Assembly: GCF_000013905.1 (NCBI RefSeq)
Contig: NC_007969.1
Coordinates: 60,001 to 92,000 of the forward strand
Reading direction: 5' to 3'
Length of the DNA stretch: 32,000 nucleotides
Origin: Psychrobacter cryohalolentis K5
GTDB taxonomy: Bacteria > Pseudomonadota > Gammaproteobacteria > Pseudomonadales > Moraxellaceae
This document shows positions 8,869 to 17,936 of this stretch, in pieces. Positions within the stretch are counted from its first letter, which is position 1. Each line of letters opens with the position of its first letter. The position numbers and the translations under genes are program-made. The notes under the pieces were generated by a model. That model saw nothing but the letters and a program-made list of their open reading frames with translations. It searched no databases and had not been told where the DNA came from.

Positions 8869-8938
8869 GCGACCTACCTTTCAAATGTGAATGATGTATT
8901 TTTTATAACGCAAAGATATTTCTGCATTATATATTGCG

Positions 8939-9199
8939 CTAAGCGCTCTTTTTCTTGACTAAATAACGATAGGTTGGCGCATCGTTTAGCGTTTCTTGAT
9001 GGACAAGGGTATGTCCCAAGTGCCGGCAGAAATTAGGAATATCACGCGTAGTGGCAGGATCAGTGGCTAATATCTCAATCACATCGCCGCCAGCCGCTTT
9101 ACGAATTGTCTTATGTAGCATCATGACTGGCTCAGGACAAATCAGTCCTTGGGTATCTAGATGATGGTGAATAGTCGTGTCTAATATTGAAGTCGTCAT
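8939..9199 (-). CDS. tusA: TusA/SirA-family sulfur carrier protein
   Basis: 86-aa ORF with the DTQGLICPEPVMMLHKTIR motif (CPxP active-site Cys) characteristic of the TusA family. Confidence 0.8.
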   Translation of the reverse strand: MTTSILDTTIHHHLDTQGLICPEPVMMLHKTIRKAAGGDVIEILATDPATTRDIPNFCRHLGHTLVHQETLNDAPTYRYLVKKKSA

Positions 9200-9257
9200 A
9201 TTTTTTTATAAACCTAATAGATAAGTTTGGTAGCTGAATACTTGTTTACTAACGATT

Positions 9258-9785
9258 TTATAAAGGCCTATTTTCTGCATCAATAGCGATAATATCTTTA
9301 TTGTTTTCAGTGCTATTATTATTCTCAGGTAAGTCGGCTAGAGCTAAGAAATTAAAGAAGCGCTTAAAGCTCACCTTAAATAAAAAAGCCACACCGAGCC
9401 ACGATGCCAATCCTAACCAAGCCGTATCGGCAAATAACAGCCCGCCGATCAGGATAATACTTGAGACACCAATGGTCATAATAACCATCGAGGTTTGATT
9501 GAGACGATAGCGATAGATAATAAAGGCATTATATAGCGTCAATGGAATGGTCAGCGCCACCAAAGCATAAGGTAAGTTGTAGAATAGTTGATACAGGAGC
9601 TGATTGTCATGAAAGGCTTTGATACTAGCAATGGTGCCAAAAACCATAAAAGCAATAATAGCGGCATAAATGAGATAGACGGCTATTTGGTTGACACGTT
9701 GGGCGCCTTTGATACGCGCAATAGCAAGCGGAGCAAAACCATGTCGCGAGCTATTGTGCAAAGAGTGGTCTGAGACAGAAGTCAT
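9258..9785 (-). CDS. Small integral membrane protein, unknown function (about 4 TM segments)
   Basis: 175-aa ORF with four long hydrophobic stretches and a hydrophilic N-rich C-terminus. It is on the same strand as tusA and close to it. Confidence 0.6.
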   Translation of the reverse strand: MTSVSDHSLHNSSRHGFAPLAIARIKGAQRVNQIAVYLIYAAIIAFMVFGTIASIKAFHDNQLLYQLFYNLPYALVALTIPLTLYNAFIIYRYRLNQTSMVIMTIGVSSIILIGGLLFADTAWLGLASWLGVAFLFKVSFKRFFNFLALADLPENNNSTENNKDIIAIDAENRPL

Positions 9786-9850
9786 AATAATCAGTCATTT
9801 ATTCGTTTGGATTGAGGAGGTACAGTTGATTCACTTTTAAAAAGGTACAG

Positions 9851-9922
9851 AACTACTGGGGTTAATTATTCGTAGCCTCTGTCTGCGTAGGCACAGCAAG
9901 CAAGGAAAATTAACCCCAGTAG
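9851..9922. repeat. Perfect 16-bp inverted repeat with a 40-nt spacer, in intergenic DNA
   Basis: ACTACTGGGGTTAATT (9851-9866) and AATTAACCCCAGTAGT (9907-9922) are exact reverse complements. The element lies between ruvX and the membrane-protein gene. Confidence 0.85.
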
Positions 9923-10006
9923 TGATTGATAACATTTGTATTTCTTTTATATAGAACCGACTATATCAGGTATTGATGGGACATTAAAAAGAAAGCTAAT
10001 GCTCAA

Positions 10007-10528
10007 TTAATCTGCTTTGATGGCGTCGATGGCGATACTGCTATGAGGATCAGCAAAGTAGGTTGACATTAAAATACAGGCAGAGATATCATCAATCGGA
10101 GCGCGCTCATGTTTAATCCAGCCGTTTTCCCATGCTATCTCACGCGCGGCGACCGATGTTAAGCGCTCATCACATAGAGATACGATGACAGGTAAATGCT
10201 GCTCCATGATTCTATGTGCCAGACGACGGGCAAATTTATGTGCGCGTTTTGACAGCATAGAGCTGCTACCGTCCATATTTAACGGCAGTCCGACTACTAC
10301 CTTTGCCACGCCCCAAACCTTGATAATACCGAGTAGATTATCCCAATCAGGTTGCCCATTATTCATCGCTAAAATATCAAAGGCACGCGCCGTTTCTGTC
10401 AAGCTATTACCGAGTGCCATGCCCATTTTTTTAACCCCATAATCTAAGGCTAAGATAAGGTGTGGCTTGATCACTGGCTCAGCAACGCTAGTATCAGTAC
10501 TATCTTTTATAAGAGTGCTATCTACCAT
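10007..10528 (-). CDS. ruvX: Putative pre-16S rRNA nuclease / Holliday junction resolvase-like YqgF (RuvX)
   Basis: ILALDYGVKKMGMALGN and VVGLPLNMDGS are YqgF-family motifs. The gene lies downstream of yqgE, as in many gammaproteobacteria. Confidence 0.9.
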   Translation of the reverse strand: MVDSTLIKDSTDTSVAEPVIKPHLILALDYGVKKMGMALGNSLTETARAFDILAMNNGQPDWDNLLGIIKVWGVAKVVVGLPLNMDGSSSMLSKRAHKFARRLAHRIMEQHLPVIVSLCDERLTSVAAREIAWENGWIKHERAPIDDISACILMSTYFADPHSSIAIDAIKAD

Positions 10529-10578
10529 AATAAGGGATGTTTCCTAGTTTTATTGCTGTATTCGTTCAACATATGAGA

Positions 10579-11142
10579 TTAAGCATGACCGATGTCGCTG
10601 CTTAAATAATCAAAATTAACCCCAATCTTATCGGCGGCCATTTGCCAACGTTCCTCAAATGGCGTATCAAACAATAAGTTTAAATCAGCAGGGCATACCA
10701 GCCAGTCGCCGTTAGCAAGCTCACGATCGAGCTGTTTTTTACCCCAGCTGGCATGACCTAAACAGAGCTGATAATGACCAACGCCTTGACCGGCTGCAAT
10801 ACGTTTGAGGATATCTTGGCTGGTAGTGATGCAGACGTTTTCTGAAATCGCAAAAGACGATGCCCATTCTGGTTGACCCGTATGCAGCACAAAGCCAACC
10901 TCAGGGTACATAGGTCCACCTTCTAATGCCAGATCTTCCATCACCTGTGCGTCTGTAACCTCAATATCCAGATCTTCTAGCAGTTTTCCCACGCGTGCCT
11001 GCTCTAATGGACGATTGACCATCAGACCGAGGGCACCGTGTTTATCATGACGACAGATATAAATCAGCGCCTGCTCAAACCGTGGGTCTGACAGTTCAGG
11101 CGCCGCGATTAAAAAATGATGGGTCAAATTGGCTTTGGACAT
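10579..11142 (-). CDS. yqgE: YqgE/AlgH family protein (UPF0301)
   Basis: The N-terminus [40 protein letters not shown] is the hallmark of this family. Confidence 0.9.
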   Translation of the reverse strand: MSKANLTHHFLIAAPELSDPRFEQALIYICRHDKHGALGLMVNRPLEQARVGKLLEDLDIEVTDAQVMEDLALEGGPMYPEVGFVLHTGQPEWASSFAISENVCITTSQDILKRIAAGQGVGHYQLCLGHASWGKKQLDRELANGDWLVCPADLNLLFDTPFEERWQMAADKIGVNFDYLSSDIGHA

Positions 11143-11272
11143 AGAGACAAACGCAACCTACTAATAAAGGTAAAATAACAGAGCTGACACCACTATATGG
11201 CGATAATGAATAAAAAATCAACTAAAGCAAGGATTTAGCAATAAAAAGGTGTTTATGGTGGTCAATCAATGA

Positions 11273-12952
11273 TCATTTAACATCGCTCAATAGACTGCGC
11301 GCATGGTCACGAGTGACATCGGTGATAATAACACCACCAGACATACGTGCCAGCTCATCTACTTGCGCACTCTCGGTTAAGATGACAAGCTCACTTTCAG
11401 TTTGCTCGTCATGGTGTTTTTGTACCAAGATATGCTGATGCGCTTGCGCGGCGACTTGGGCTTGGTGGGTAATGGCTAGTAATTGCTGCGTTTGCCCAAG
11501 GGCGCGCAACAGCTCGCCCACCACTTGCGCCGTACCGCCACTGATACCAACATCAACTTCGTCAAAGACTAGCATAGGTTTTGCCGCATTATTATCTGCA
11601 TTGGTCGCTTGCAAGACCTGCATCACTAGTGCCATACGTGATAGCTCACCGCCTGAAGCGATTTTGTGTAGCGGCTGCATCGGCATACCGACGTTGGCGC
11701 TGAATAATAAGTCGATATCATAACAGCCTTGTCCACTATATTGGCTGACATCGGTCTTTTTGGTAAAAACGAATTCACAACGTGCATTAGGTAGGGCAAG
11801 CGGCTGTAGTTGCTTAATCAGCTGTTTGCTGACAATCGGTGCAGCTTTAGCCCGTTTTTTATTTAGCTCAGTTGCTAGTGCTATATACTCTTGCCATGCT
11901 TGCTCAATTTGTGCCGCCATTGCATCACTGCTTGGCTCGTTTTCTAATTGTTCTAATTGCGCTTCCCAGCCTTTTGCTTCATTAATCAAGTCGCTAGCTG
12001 GCAAGTTATGCTTACGTGATAGGCGATGACCTAAGCTGATTAAACTGTCTAATGACTGCAAACGCTCAGGGTCAGGCAATTGCTGCTCAGCATAATCTGA
12101 CAATAAGCCAGTCACTTCAGTGATTTGCTGCTGCGCTAAATGTAGCTGTTCTGAGGCTTGCTCAAAGGTTTGGCTCACGTTCATTTGATTATCGCATAGT
12201 TTAATTGCTTGCCCGAGCAAGGTCATTATATCGGGCTCATCGGTATCATTATCGAGTAAATGCAAGCCATGACTGGCCTCAATCATTAGTGCTTCAATAT
12301 TGGATAATTCTTCGTGTTCTGCTTCTACTTCAGCATAATCAACGACCAATAACGGTGCGATATCTGCTAACTGGCTTTGCAACAGTTGAATACGATCTTG
12401 GCGCTGAGCTTCACGGCTAGCGAGATCGTCAGCGCGGCGTTTAAGTTGCTGATAAGCTTGATAGCTACTTGAGGTCTGCGTAGCAAGAGAAGTTATCTGT
12501 GCCATTTCATCTAGCCATTGCACTACAAATTGTGGCTTGAGTAGCGCCTGCTGAGCATGTTGACTATGAATATTGACCAGCAATGCACCCAAACTCTTAA
12601 GCTCAGCCAAACTGACAGGTGTACCATTTAACCATGCTTTTGAGCGCCCTGTATTACTGAGTTGTCGACGAATCAATACATCTGGCTCTTCTAACGCCCG
12701 CTCATTTTTGGCAAACCATTCAGCAATGATACTATTGTTTTCTACATCAAATTGCGCGTAGATATCCGCGTGCGCCGCGCCATGCCGGACCATCGCACTG
12801 TCTGCGCGCTCGCCGATACATAAAGACAGCGCATCGAGTAATAGCGATTTGCCAGCGCCTGTTTCACCAGTGATGACATTGAAGCCTTCAGCCACACTCA
12901 GCTCATGCTGAGCAATTAACGCAAACTGATTTAAAGTTAATGATACTAGCAT
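11273..12952 (-). CDS. recN: DNA repair protein RecN
   Basis: MLVSLTLNQFALI...ITGETGAGKSLLLDAL (Walker A), a long coiled-coil middle, and ASGGELSRMALV...LVFDEVDVGISG (signature and Walker B). The track ORF begins at a TTG at 12955. The ATG at 12952, preceded by GAGAGG, is the likelier start. Confidence 0.95.
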   Translation of the reverse strand: MLVSLTLNQFALIAQHELSVAEGFNVITGETGAGKSLLLDALSLCIGERADSAMVRHGAAHADIYAQFDVENNSIIAEWFAKNERALEEPDVLIRRQLSNTGRSKAWLNGTPVSLAELKSLGALLVNIHSQHAQQALLKPQFVVQWLDEMAQITSLATQTSSSYQAYQQLKRRADDLASREAQRQDRIQLLQSQLADIAPLLVVDYAEVEAEHEELSNIEALMIEASHGLHLLDNDTDEPDIMTLLGQAIKLCDNQMNVSQTFEQASEQLHLAQQQITEVTGLLSDYAEQQLPDPERLQSLDSLISLGHRLSRKHNLPASDLINEAKGWEAQLEQLENEPSSDAMAAQIEQAWQEYIALATELNKKRAKAAPIVSKQLIKQLQPLALPNARCEFVFTKKTDVSQYSGQGCYDIDLLFSANVGMPMQPLHKIASGGELSRMALVMQVLQATNADNNAAKPMLVFDEVDVGISGGTAQVVGELLRALGQTQQLLAITHQAQVAAQAHQHILVQKHHDEQTESELVILTESAQVDELARMSGGVIITDVTRDHARSLLSDVK

Positions 12953-13501
12953 CAACGCCTCTCATGACAGACAACAAACCTCAAATACGATGTAATGTCG
13001 TACAAGGAGGTTATCTCTACAATAGGTTAAATAAAGGAATGAATCGGTTCAGTTCATACTGCAACATAGATAAATGCAATTGGCAAATAGTATGGTGGCA
13101 AATAATCTTAAATACAAATATTAAAGGTAATCAATAACATCACTTAAAGCCATCATAATAAGCGGAACTTTCCTGCCGCTGTAACAAACTTTATAGATAT
13201 AATGTGGTAGCATAATCTCACATAATGATAAACTCTTACCACCAGATTTTCGTGCATTCTACGACAGAGCAGTTAGCTTGTAGGACATGATACAAACCTG
13301 TTTGTCAGTAAGTATCAGTAATAAATGGTTATTTTTAAACCTATAAGATAAATCAATTCTATAATCAGCGCACAGCAAAGTAAAAATGATTTAGAGTCGA
13401 TGGTAAAAGGTAGATATAACAACGCTTATCTAAGCATTTGCTTATCTACACATTCAATTTGGTTTTTTAGTTGGCAATAATTATTTGATAAGGAAGCCAC
13501 T

Positions 13502-13837
13502 ATGACAGCGGCGCAATTTACTAATGTAACAGTCAATGCTCAAGCCACGATATCCTATGATGGTCGTTGCTCAAGCCATACCATTATGTTCGAGGACGGT
13601 CGTCATAAAACATTAGGTGTTATCTTGCCTTGTGATAATTTGGTCGAGCATTATCACTTTAGTACCAATACATCTGAACGTATTGAAATCACTAGCGGTG
13701 AGTGCGAAGTCAAAATAAATGGGGAAGAGGAGTTCAGCTACTACCGCGCAGGACAGTCATTCGTGGTTGAAGGTAATAGTGGTTTCAATTTACGCACAGA
13801 ACAGATCGTTCAGTATATCTGTCACTTAGAAGGCTAA
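13502..13837 (+). CDS. ppnP: Pyrimidine/purine nucleoside phosphorylase PpnP (DUF1255, cupin-like)
   Basis: The 111-aa ORF matches the size and pattern of E. coli PpnP/YaiE (...YHFSTNTSERIEITSGECEVKI...YRAGQSFVVEGNSGFNLR...). An AAGGAAG RBS is present. Confidence 0.8.
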   Translation: MTAAQFTNVTVNAQATISYDGRCSSHTIMFEDGRHKTLGVILPCDNLVEHYHFSTNTSERIEITSGECEVKINGEEEFSYYRAGQSFVVEGNSGFNLRTEQIVQYICHLEG

Positions 13838-13890
13838 TACGCCTTAAAGTGTCGTTAGATAATTGATGAAGCCAAAAGCCAATGATTCCA

Positions 13891-13927
13891 AAGAAATAAA
13901 TCTTATCAGGTTTATTTCTTTTTTTTG
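13891..13927 (+). terminator. Intrinsic terminator downstream of ppnP
   Basis: A perfect 10-bp stem, AAGAAATAAA (13891-13900) / TTTATTTCTT (13911-13920), is followed by a T-run. Confidence 0.6.
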
Positions 13928-14041
13928 CTGACATTATTTAGATGAAGCTGGTCATTAATTGCTACAATTACACATCTCTATTTTTATTGCATATTTTTTA
14001 TAACACTGTGCAATACCCACTTTATAATCAATAGGCCTATT

Positions 14042-14812
14042 ATGGCAAAACCTACCTATTTTTATGGCATTCATGCCATTGATGCCTTGCTCGAATACCG
14101 TCCTCTTGATGGACTGAGCTTGTTTGTACAGCAAGGGCGTGAGACTGACAGTCATGTACAGTCTATTATGGCGCAAGCACGTGATAATGGCATCAGTATT
14201 CAACCAACGCAAAAAGACAAACTTACTCAGCTGTGTGGTAGCCCGCAACATCAAGGCGTAGTGCTAAACGCCCGTCCTTTAGGCTTTGCTGATGAAGGTT
14301 TGCTAGATACGCTTGCTGGTCGAGATGATTGTTTGTTACTGGTACTAGACCAAATTACGGACGCCCATAATTTTGGCGCTTGTTTGCGTACAGCAGTAGC
14401 CATGGGTGTCGATGCAGTCATTTGTCCGAAACATCATGCAGCTAGCTTGACGCCAACGGTTGCCAAAGTATCAGTCGGCGCGGCTGAAATGATGCCTATT
14501 GTTAGCGTAACCAATCTGGCACGCACGCTGACAAAAATTAAAAATGCCGGCGTTTTTGTGTTTGGTACCGCTCTTAATGCCAATGCCAAACCAATCCATG
14601 CTGCAGATCTGACTGGTAAGACGGCTATTATCATGGGTTCAGAAGGTGAGGGGATGCGTCGCCTGACAACAGAAAGCTGCGATGAGCTGGTTTATATTCC
14701 GATGTCAGGCAACGAGCATGGCAACTTGCAAAGCTTGAATGTCAGTGTGGCGACAGGTATGGCTTTGTATGAGATTAATCGGCAGCGAACTTTAGCTGCT
14801 GGGCAAGCTTAA
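14042..14812 (+). CDS. rlmB: 23S rRNA (guanosine-2'-O)-methyltransferase RlmB (SpoU/TrmH family)
   Basis: YGIHAIDALLEYRP at the N-terminus (SpoU substrate-binding domain), with DQITDAHNFGACLRTA, IIMGSEGEGMR and LNVSVATGMALYE as SpoU motifs 1-3. Confidence 0.85.
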   Translation: MAKPTYFYGIHAIDALLEYRPLDGLSLFVQQGRETDSHVQSIMAQARDNGISIQPTQKDKLTQLCGSPQHQGVVLNARPLGFADEGLLDTLAGRDDCLLLVLDQITDAHNFGACLRTAVAMGVDAVICPKHHAASLTPTVAKVSVGAAEMMPIVSVTNLARTLTKIKNAGVFVFGTALNANAKPIHAADLTGKTAIIMGSEGEGMRRLTTESCDELVYIPMSGNEHGNLQSLNVSVATGMALYEINRQRTLAAGQA

Positions 14813-15467
14813 GATAGTCTTGATGGAGCGGCTCTAATTGTACATATAGGGCCGCAAGATCACTCTCATTTAATACCACATCATCCGCATGACGATTGCG
14901 CTCTTCACGGCTAAGCTGATTGACCATAATGGCTTCAATTTTTTGCACACTTAGCGCATCACGTTGACTGGCTCGTGCAAGTTGGGTATTTTCTGTGGCA
15001 TCCATCACCAAAATACGTTGACATAAATTGGCAAGCCCAGCTTCTGCCGCTTCAATCAATAACGGCGCTGACAACACCACATACGGCGAGGTACTCTCTG
15101 CCAATTGCTTTTTTGCAGCTTCGCGTATCGCTGGATGGGTAATCGCTTCAAGTTCAATTAGAGCATCAGGATAAGTAAACACATGGGTCCGTACAGCGGC
15201 GCGGTCCATATCACCATTGGCGTTTAGCACCCAATCACCAAATTTCCTCTGGATCTTGCGCAACGTTGAGCTGCCTTTGACCACCACTTCATGTGCAATA
15301 ACATCTGCATCAATAATATCGATTCCCTGCTGTGCGAACCAGTCACTGGCGGCTGATTTGCCACTGCCGATACCACCCGTTAAACCCACTACCAATGTTT
15401 TACTTTTATGCTCAGGCGTTTGCGGCTGATGAGAATAAGGTGAAGGTGCTGCTGCGTATTTTGACAT
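14775..15467 (-). CDS. coaE: Dephospho-CoA kinase
   Basis: VGLTGGIGSGKSAASDWFAQQGIDIIDADVIAHEV is the CoaE P-loop signature. The gene lies downstream of pilD, as in the Pseudomonas pilBCD-coaE arrangement. Confidence 0.9.
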   Translation of the reverse strand: MSKYAAAPSPYSHQPQTPEHKSKTLVVGLTGGIGSGKSAASDWFAQQGIDIIDADVIAHEVVVKGSSTLRKIQRKFGDWVLNANGDMDRAAVRTHVFTYPDALIELEAITHPAIREAAKKQLAESTSPYVVLSAPLLIEAAEAGLANLCQRILVMDATENTQLARASQRDALSVQKIEAIMVNQLSREERNRHADDVVLNESDLAALYVQLEPLHQDYLKLAQQLKFAAD

Positions 15468-15550
15468 AATGATGACTTATCTGACTGATAGAAGGATAAT
15501 GACTGTAATCAATGAAAGGTTAAACATAACTATTGGGAAATGGCTACTGC

Positions 15551-16450
15551 TTAAGTATACATACCTAAATACCAATTAACGATATCTGAGCCGTATAACA
15601 ATGCCACAATACCAGCAATGGCAATATAAGGACCAAAGGCAAAAGGCTTGCTCTCGCCTTGTTTTTTCATCAAGATAAGCCCAACGATAGAGCCGAGCAA
15701 TGATGATAATAAAATAATCAAGGGTAACATCATAGGTCCAAGCCACGCACCCAGTACTGCCAATAATTTAAAGTCGCCTTGTCCCATGCCATGCTTTTTG
15801 GTGATTAAATAAAATATCTTGACCACTATCCATAACGATAAAAATCCCAATAACAAGCCCCATATCGACTGAGTAGGGGGCACAAACCAACCTTGTGAAT
15901 TGACCGCCAATCCTAGCCCTGCTAATGGAAAAGTTAAGCGGTCAGGCAATAACTGAGTATCAAAATCGATACCAGTTAAGGCGATGAGTGTCCAGACTAA
16001 AACTAATGCCGACAGCCCTACCATATTAACGCCAAAATGATAAATGACTAGTGCAGATAGCAGAGCAGTGACCAGCTCAACGATAGGATATCGAAGCCCG
16101 ATAGCCGCTTTGCACTCTGAGCAACGTCCGCGTAGTACTATCCAGCTAATTAAAGGTATGTTTTCATACCACTTAATTTTGTGGGCACAGTGCGGGCAGC
16201 GCGATGCTGGTTTACTTAAGGTAATAGGTGTATCAGTGGCAACAATATTAACTAGTGGCATCGTATGCTCACGCGGCATATCTGCTTGCTCATACATAAA
16301 CTGGCTACACTCTTTTCGCCAAGCCGATACCATTATCAATGGAGTGCGATGAATTACCACGTTTAAGAAGCTACCGACGCACAGCCCTAGTAGACCAAAT
16401 ACGACCAAAGCAATGGTCATATTTTCTTGTAGTAACTGTATAAATTGCAT
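15551..16450 (-). CDS. pilD: Prepilin peptidase / N-methyltransferase PilD (A24 family)
   Basis: Contains the CPHC...CSEC zinc-type Cys pairs, a multi-TM profile, and GMGQGDFKLLAVLGAWLG (the catalytic Asp motif). Confidence 0.9.
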   Translation of the reverse strand: MQFIQLLQENMTIALVVFGLLGLCVGSFLNVVIHRTPLIMVSAWRKECSQFMYEQADMPREHTMPLVNIVATDTPITLSKPASRCPHCAHKIKWYENIPLISWIVLRGRCSECKAAIGLRYPIVELVTALLSALVIYHFGVNMVGLSALVLVWTLIALTGIDFDTQLLPDRLTFPLAGLGLAVNSQGWFVPPTQSIWGLLLGFLSLWIVVKIFYLITKKHGMGQGDFKLLAVLGAWLGPMMLPLIILLSSLLGSIVGLILMKKQGESKPFAFGPYIAIAGIVALLYGSDIVNWYLGMYT

Positions 16451-16475
16451 GAATTAGCTGTCCTTTAATTAGCTT

Positions 16476-17699
16476 TCAACCTACTACTGAGCCCATCTGG
16501 AAGATTGGTAAGTACATGGCAATGACCAAACCACCAACTAATACGCCAAGTACCGCCATAATAAGCGGCTCCATCAAGCTGGTCAAACCATCAACAGCGT
16601 TATCAACTTCGTTTTCATAATAAACTGCTACTTTATCGAGCATCTCTTCTAAGCTACCAGACTCTTCACCGATACCTACCATTTGAATAGCAAGGCTTGG
16701 AAATAAATTGGTTGAACGTATGGAAAACTGTAATTGTTGTCCCGTAGAGACGTCATTTTTGATTTGCTGAATAGCGTTATAAAATACTACATTATTGGCC
16801 GCGCCAGCAGTTGAATCGAGCGCATCAATAAGCGGTACGCCGGCAGCAAAAGTTGTAGACAGCGTACGAGCAAAACGCGCAATCACCGCTTGGTAAGCGA
16901 TATTGCCAAATATTGGGGCTTTTAATACCGCACGGTCTAAGACATCACGAAATTTCTTTGAACGCTTCTTAGCTTCTGAAAAGCCGATAATTGCGCCACC
17001 AATAAATACAATTAAGATGAACCACCATGCTTGCATCCACTCAGACATACCTACGACCATTTGGGTAAAAGCAGGTAATTCTGCACCAAAAGAGCTAAAT
17101 AAATCAGCAAACACTGGAACGACTTTAACAAGCAGAATAATGGTGACAATAATAGCAACTACAACGACCGCGATAGGATATTTCATAGCTTTTTTAATTT
17201 TAGCTTTTAACAGCTCGCTTTTCTCTTTATAAGTCGCAACTCGCTCTAGCATGGTTTCTAACGCACCTGACTGCTCGCCAGAATCAACAAGCGAGCAAAA
17301 AAGATCGTCAAAATAGCGGGGATGGCGACGTAATGCCGATGCAAAAGTACCACCAGCTTCAATATCGGCTTTAATTTGTAATACCAAGTCTTTCATACTC
17401 GGATTATCTAGAGAGTCCGCGACAATCTCAAAGGATTGAGTCAATGGCACCCCAGCTTTCATCATAGTTGCCAATTGACGTGCAAAAATAGCAATATCGA
17501 TAGGCTTGATGGACTTCTTAAAGGTGTATAAGGGTTTTGGCTTTTTCTTGATACCTTTAACCGTAATACCTTGTTTGCGCAACGTGGCTTTGGCAAGCTC
17601 TAAGCTACGACTGGTCGTCTCACCTTTTACCTTTTGCCCGCGCCGATTTACCCCATCATAGACAAAGTCTAACAGCATGTCGGTCTTAGCTTTTGCCAT
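16476..17699 (-). CDS. pilC: Type IV pilus assembly platform protein PilC (GspF family)
   Basis: Duplicated GspF domains are present (GVPLTQSFEIVA; GVPLIDALDSTA; GEESGSLEEML). I prefer the ATG at 17699 (MAKAKTD...) because GAAGGAAGGG sits directly upstream. The track ORF extends to 17735. Confidence 0.9.
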   Translation of the reverse strand: MAKAKTDMLLDFVYDGVNRRGQKVKGETTSRSLELAKATLRKQGITVKGIKKKPKPLYTFKKSIKPIDIAIFARQLATMMKAGVPLTQSFEIVADSLDNPSMKDLVLQIKADIEAGGTFASALRRHPRYFDDLFCSLVDSGEQSGALETMLERVATYKEKSELLKAKIKKAMKYPIAVVVVAIIVTIILLVKVVPVFADLFSSFGAELPAFTQMVVGMSEWMQAWWFILIVFIGGAIIGFSEAKKRSKKFRDVLDRAVLKAPIFGNIAYQAVIARFARTLSTTFAAGVPLIDALDSTAGAANNVVFYNAIQQIKNDVSTGQQLQFSIRSTNLFPSLAIQMVGIGEESGSLEEMLDKVAVYYENEVDNAVDGLTSLMEPLIMAVLGVLVGGLVIAMYLPIFQMGSVVG

Positions 17700-17936
17700 G
17701 TCCCTTCCTTCAAAAAATGGTCTGATATAGTCCAATATAGAGAATGCCTGCTATAAAACGTAGTTAACCCATTGTTTTAAGCGGATATACTTTATTTTAG
17801 CGCAAAATACCAGTGTTTATCTGTTTTATTTTTCCTACTACTTATTATTGTTTAATAGTTATTGAACAACAAGCTGTACGGAAATAATAAAATTTACTCA
17901 AAGCAATATCTTTACCAATCTTTTCAACCAAATATG

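Noticed and set aside
7688-8894. A chain of five + strand ORFs (63-83 aa) antisense to the 404-aa methyltransferase gene
   Set aside because: All overlap a longer ORF with clear SAM-methyltransferase motifs. Such antisense frames are typical of locally GC-richer coding DNA, and none has an RBS or recognisable motif.
13424-13448. Direct repeat GCTTATCTA x2, with an embedded TAAGCA-TT-TGCTTA dyad, about 55-80 bp upstream of ppnP
   Set aside because: It is short enough to be chance in AT-rich intergenic DNA, and there is no recognisable regulator consensus. It may be an operator, but the sequence alone does not support a claim.
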